A DNA stretch of 45,799 nucleotides. It comes from Jimgerdemannia flammicorona. Lineage: Eukaryota. Under the pieces are notes generated by a model, which worked only from the letters and a program-made list of their open reading frames with translations, did not search any database and was not told the DNA's origin. The position numbers were made by a program, and so were the translations under genes. This document shows, piece by piece, positions 44,809 to 45,799 of the stretch. The stretch spans positions 1 through 45,799 of the forward strand of contig RBNJ01000059.1 in NCBI GenBank assembly GCA_003990765.1, read 5' to 3'. Numbering within the stretch: the stretch's first letter is position 1; each line of letters begins with the position of its first letter.

Positions 44809-45799
44809 TGTGGCATTGGTTATGTATGATGAACTTCGACTTCACGGCTCAATGTATGCTACTTGGTGAAGCACACGATGTATAACTGAGTGCGTTGGTG
44901 GCGGTTACGGGTCGTTGGTCATGTGACAGGTCGTTCGAAACGTGCGATAACTGATAGCGGGAGATCGTTTGTTCGTTGGCTCAGGACGTCGATGATGAGG
45001 TCGTTCGGTTGTTCAACGATGGCGGCTCAATTGTTTAGTGGATAAGGGCGGCGAATAACTTGGTGGCGATCTTGAATTTATGCGGTCAATTAAAGCGGGC
45101 GACGGTCTTTAAGCGGTTCGTGGCGCAGTAGGTCGGGAATCGGAGAAGCGGAGGTTGACGGCTCGCTCGTCCGTCTCAACTTGTTAGGTTCCTGGCGGTC
45201 GTTCGGGTATCTTGACGGGTCTTAGGCTGCGGTCCTGCTTGGCTGGGTATCCTTGGGTATCCTTGGGTTCCTTGGGTTTTCCGGGTCTTGAATCTCGAAT
45301 GGCGGTCGAATGGCGGCGGTCCGAATGGCAGTCCGAATGGCGGCGGTCGTGGTCTTGAAACCTCGTCTGGGTCTCGGGTCTCGAATGGCGGTCTGGTCTT
45401 GAATCCTTTTCGTGGCGGCAAAACTTGAAATAAGGGGGGGTCCGTGGTCTTGAATCCTTGGGTTTCCGGGTCTCGAATGGCAGTCGAAATGGCGGTCTAG
45501 TGCGGCTTTCCTTAGCGGCGGGTCTTGAACGTTTTCCGTGGCAAGAGAAAATTCTTTAACTCAAACTTCCGAGCAATCCGTTGCTCTAGGTTATCTTGTT
45601 CTCAGAATTTATCCGGTCTCTTGGAGGCAGTGAGGTTTCTTAGTAATCCTTTTTACTTTTAAACACAAGCTGACTGACTGAGGTTTATTCACTCTAAGAA
45701 TATGGGTTATTTATACAAGTTTGCTAGCTATGAGGGGACGCGACTAAGGCTAAGGTATACTACATTGTGGCAAGCTATGCTATTGGCTTGCACGATGTG
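44809..45799 (-). mobile_element. Element H: young CpG-rich LTR, probably the 3' LTR of an element running beyond the window
   Basis: Sharp TG boundary at 44809; minus-strand core CTAGCAAACTTGTATAAATAACCCA...GAGTGAATAAACCTCAGTC at ~45676-45730 shared with B, C, D and G LTRs; CGAATGGCGG microrepeats. Confidence 0.75.

Noticed and set aside
45176-45421. 81-aa Pro/Arg-rich ORF in LTR H, and likewise ORF 40684-40998 in LTR D
   Set aside because: Explained by stop-poor microrepeats; the D ORF is broken in the other LTR copy and has no ATG start.

Overview
Eukaryotic, most likely fungal DNA (Mucoromycota/Glomeromycota-like; an inference from composition and TE types). It is almost entirely a nested transposon island; only ~1-1600 looks like ordinary CpG-containing host sequence and no host gene can be supported. 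Oldest layers are a Sola-like (DUF7869-type) DNA transposase relic, a Ty3/Gypsy relic (F) and a Ty1/Copia relic. Inserted into them are four decayed dUTPase-carrying Ty3/Gypsy elements (A, a chromovirus with 2-kb LTRs, 3611-14250, minus; B ~14490-20620, minus; C 22110-28955, plus; D 31343-41391, plus), a non-autonomous LTR element filled with tandem repeats (G, 41855-44619), a young CpG-rich LTR (H, 44809-end), a hAT-type MITE and a poly(A)-tailed retroposed insert. Nearly all inactivating stops are C>T/G>A transitions. The most unusual signals are: (1) in B, C and D integrase and a 3' accessory ORF are separate cistrons whose ATG overlaps the upstream stop (ATGA at both junctions in D); (2) an accessory protein family with a Y-[YF]-x-[IL]-G-x-x-L core lies after integrase in B/C/D/F but inside the LTR, as a ~365-codon gene with its own TATA box, in the unrelated chromovirus A; (3) a GxCPH...CxxC module accompanies dUTPase in all four elements, in swapped order and position between lineages.
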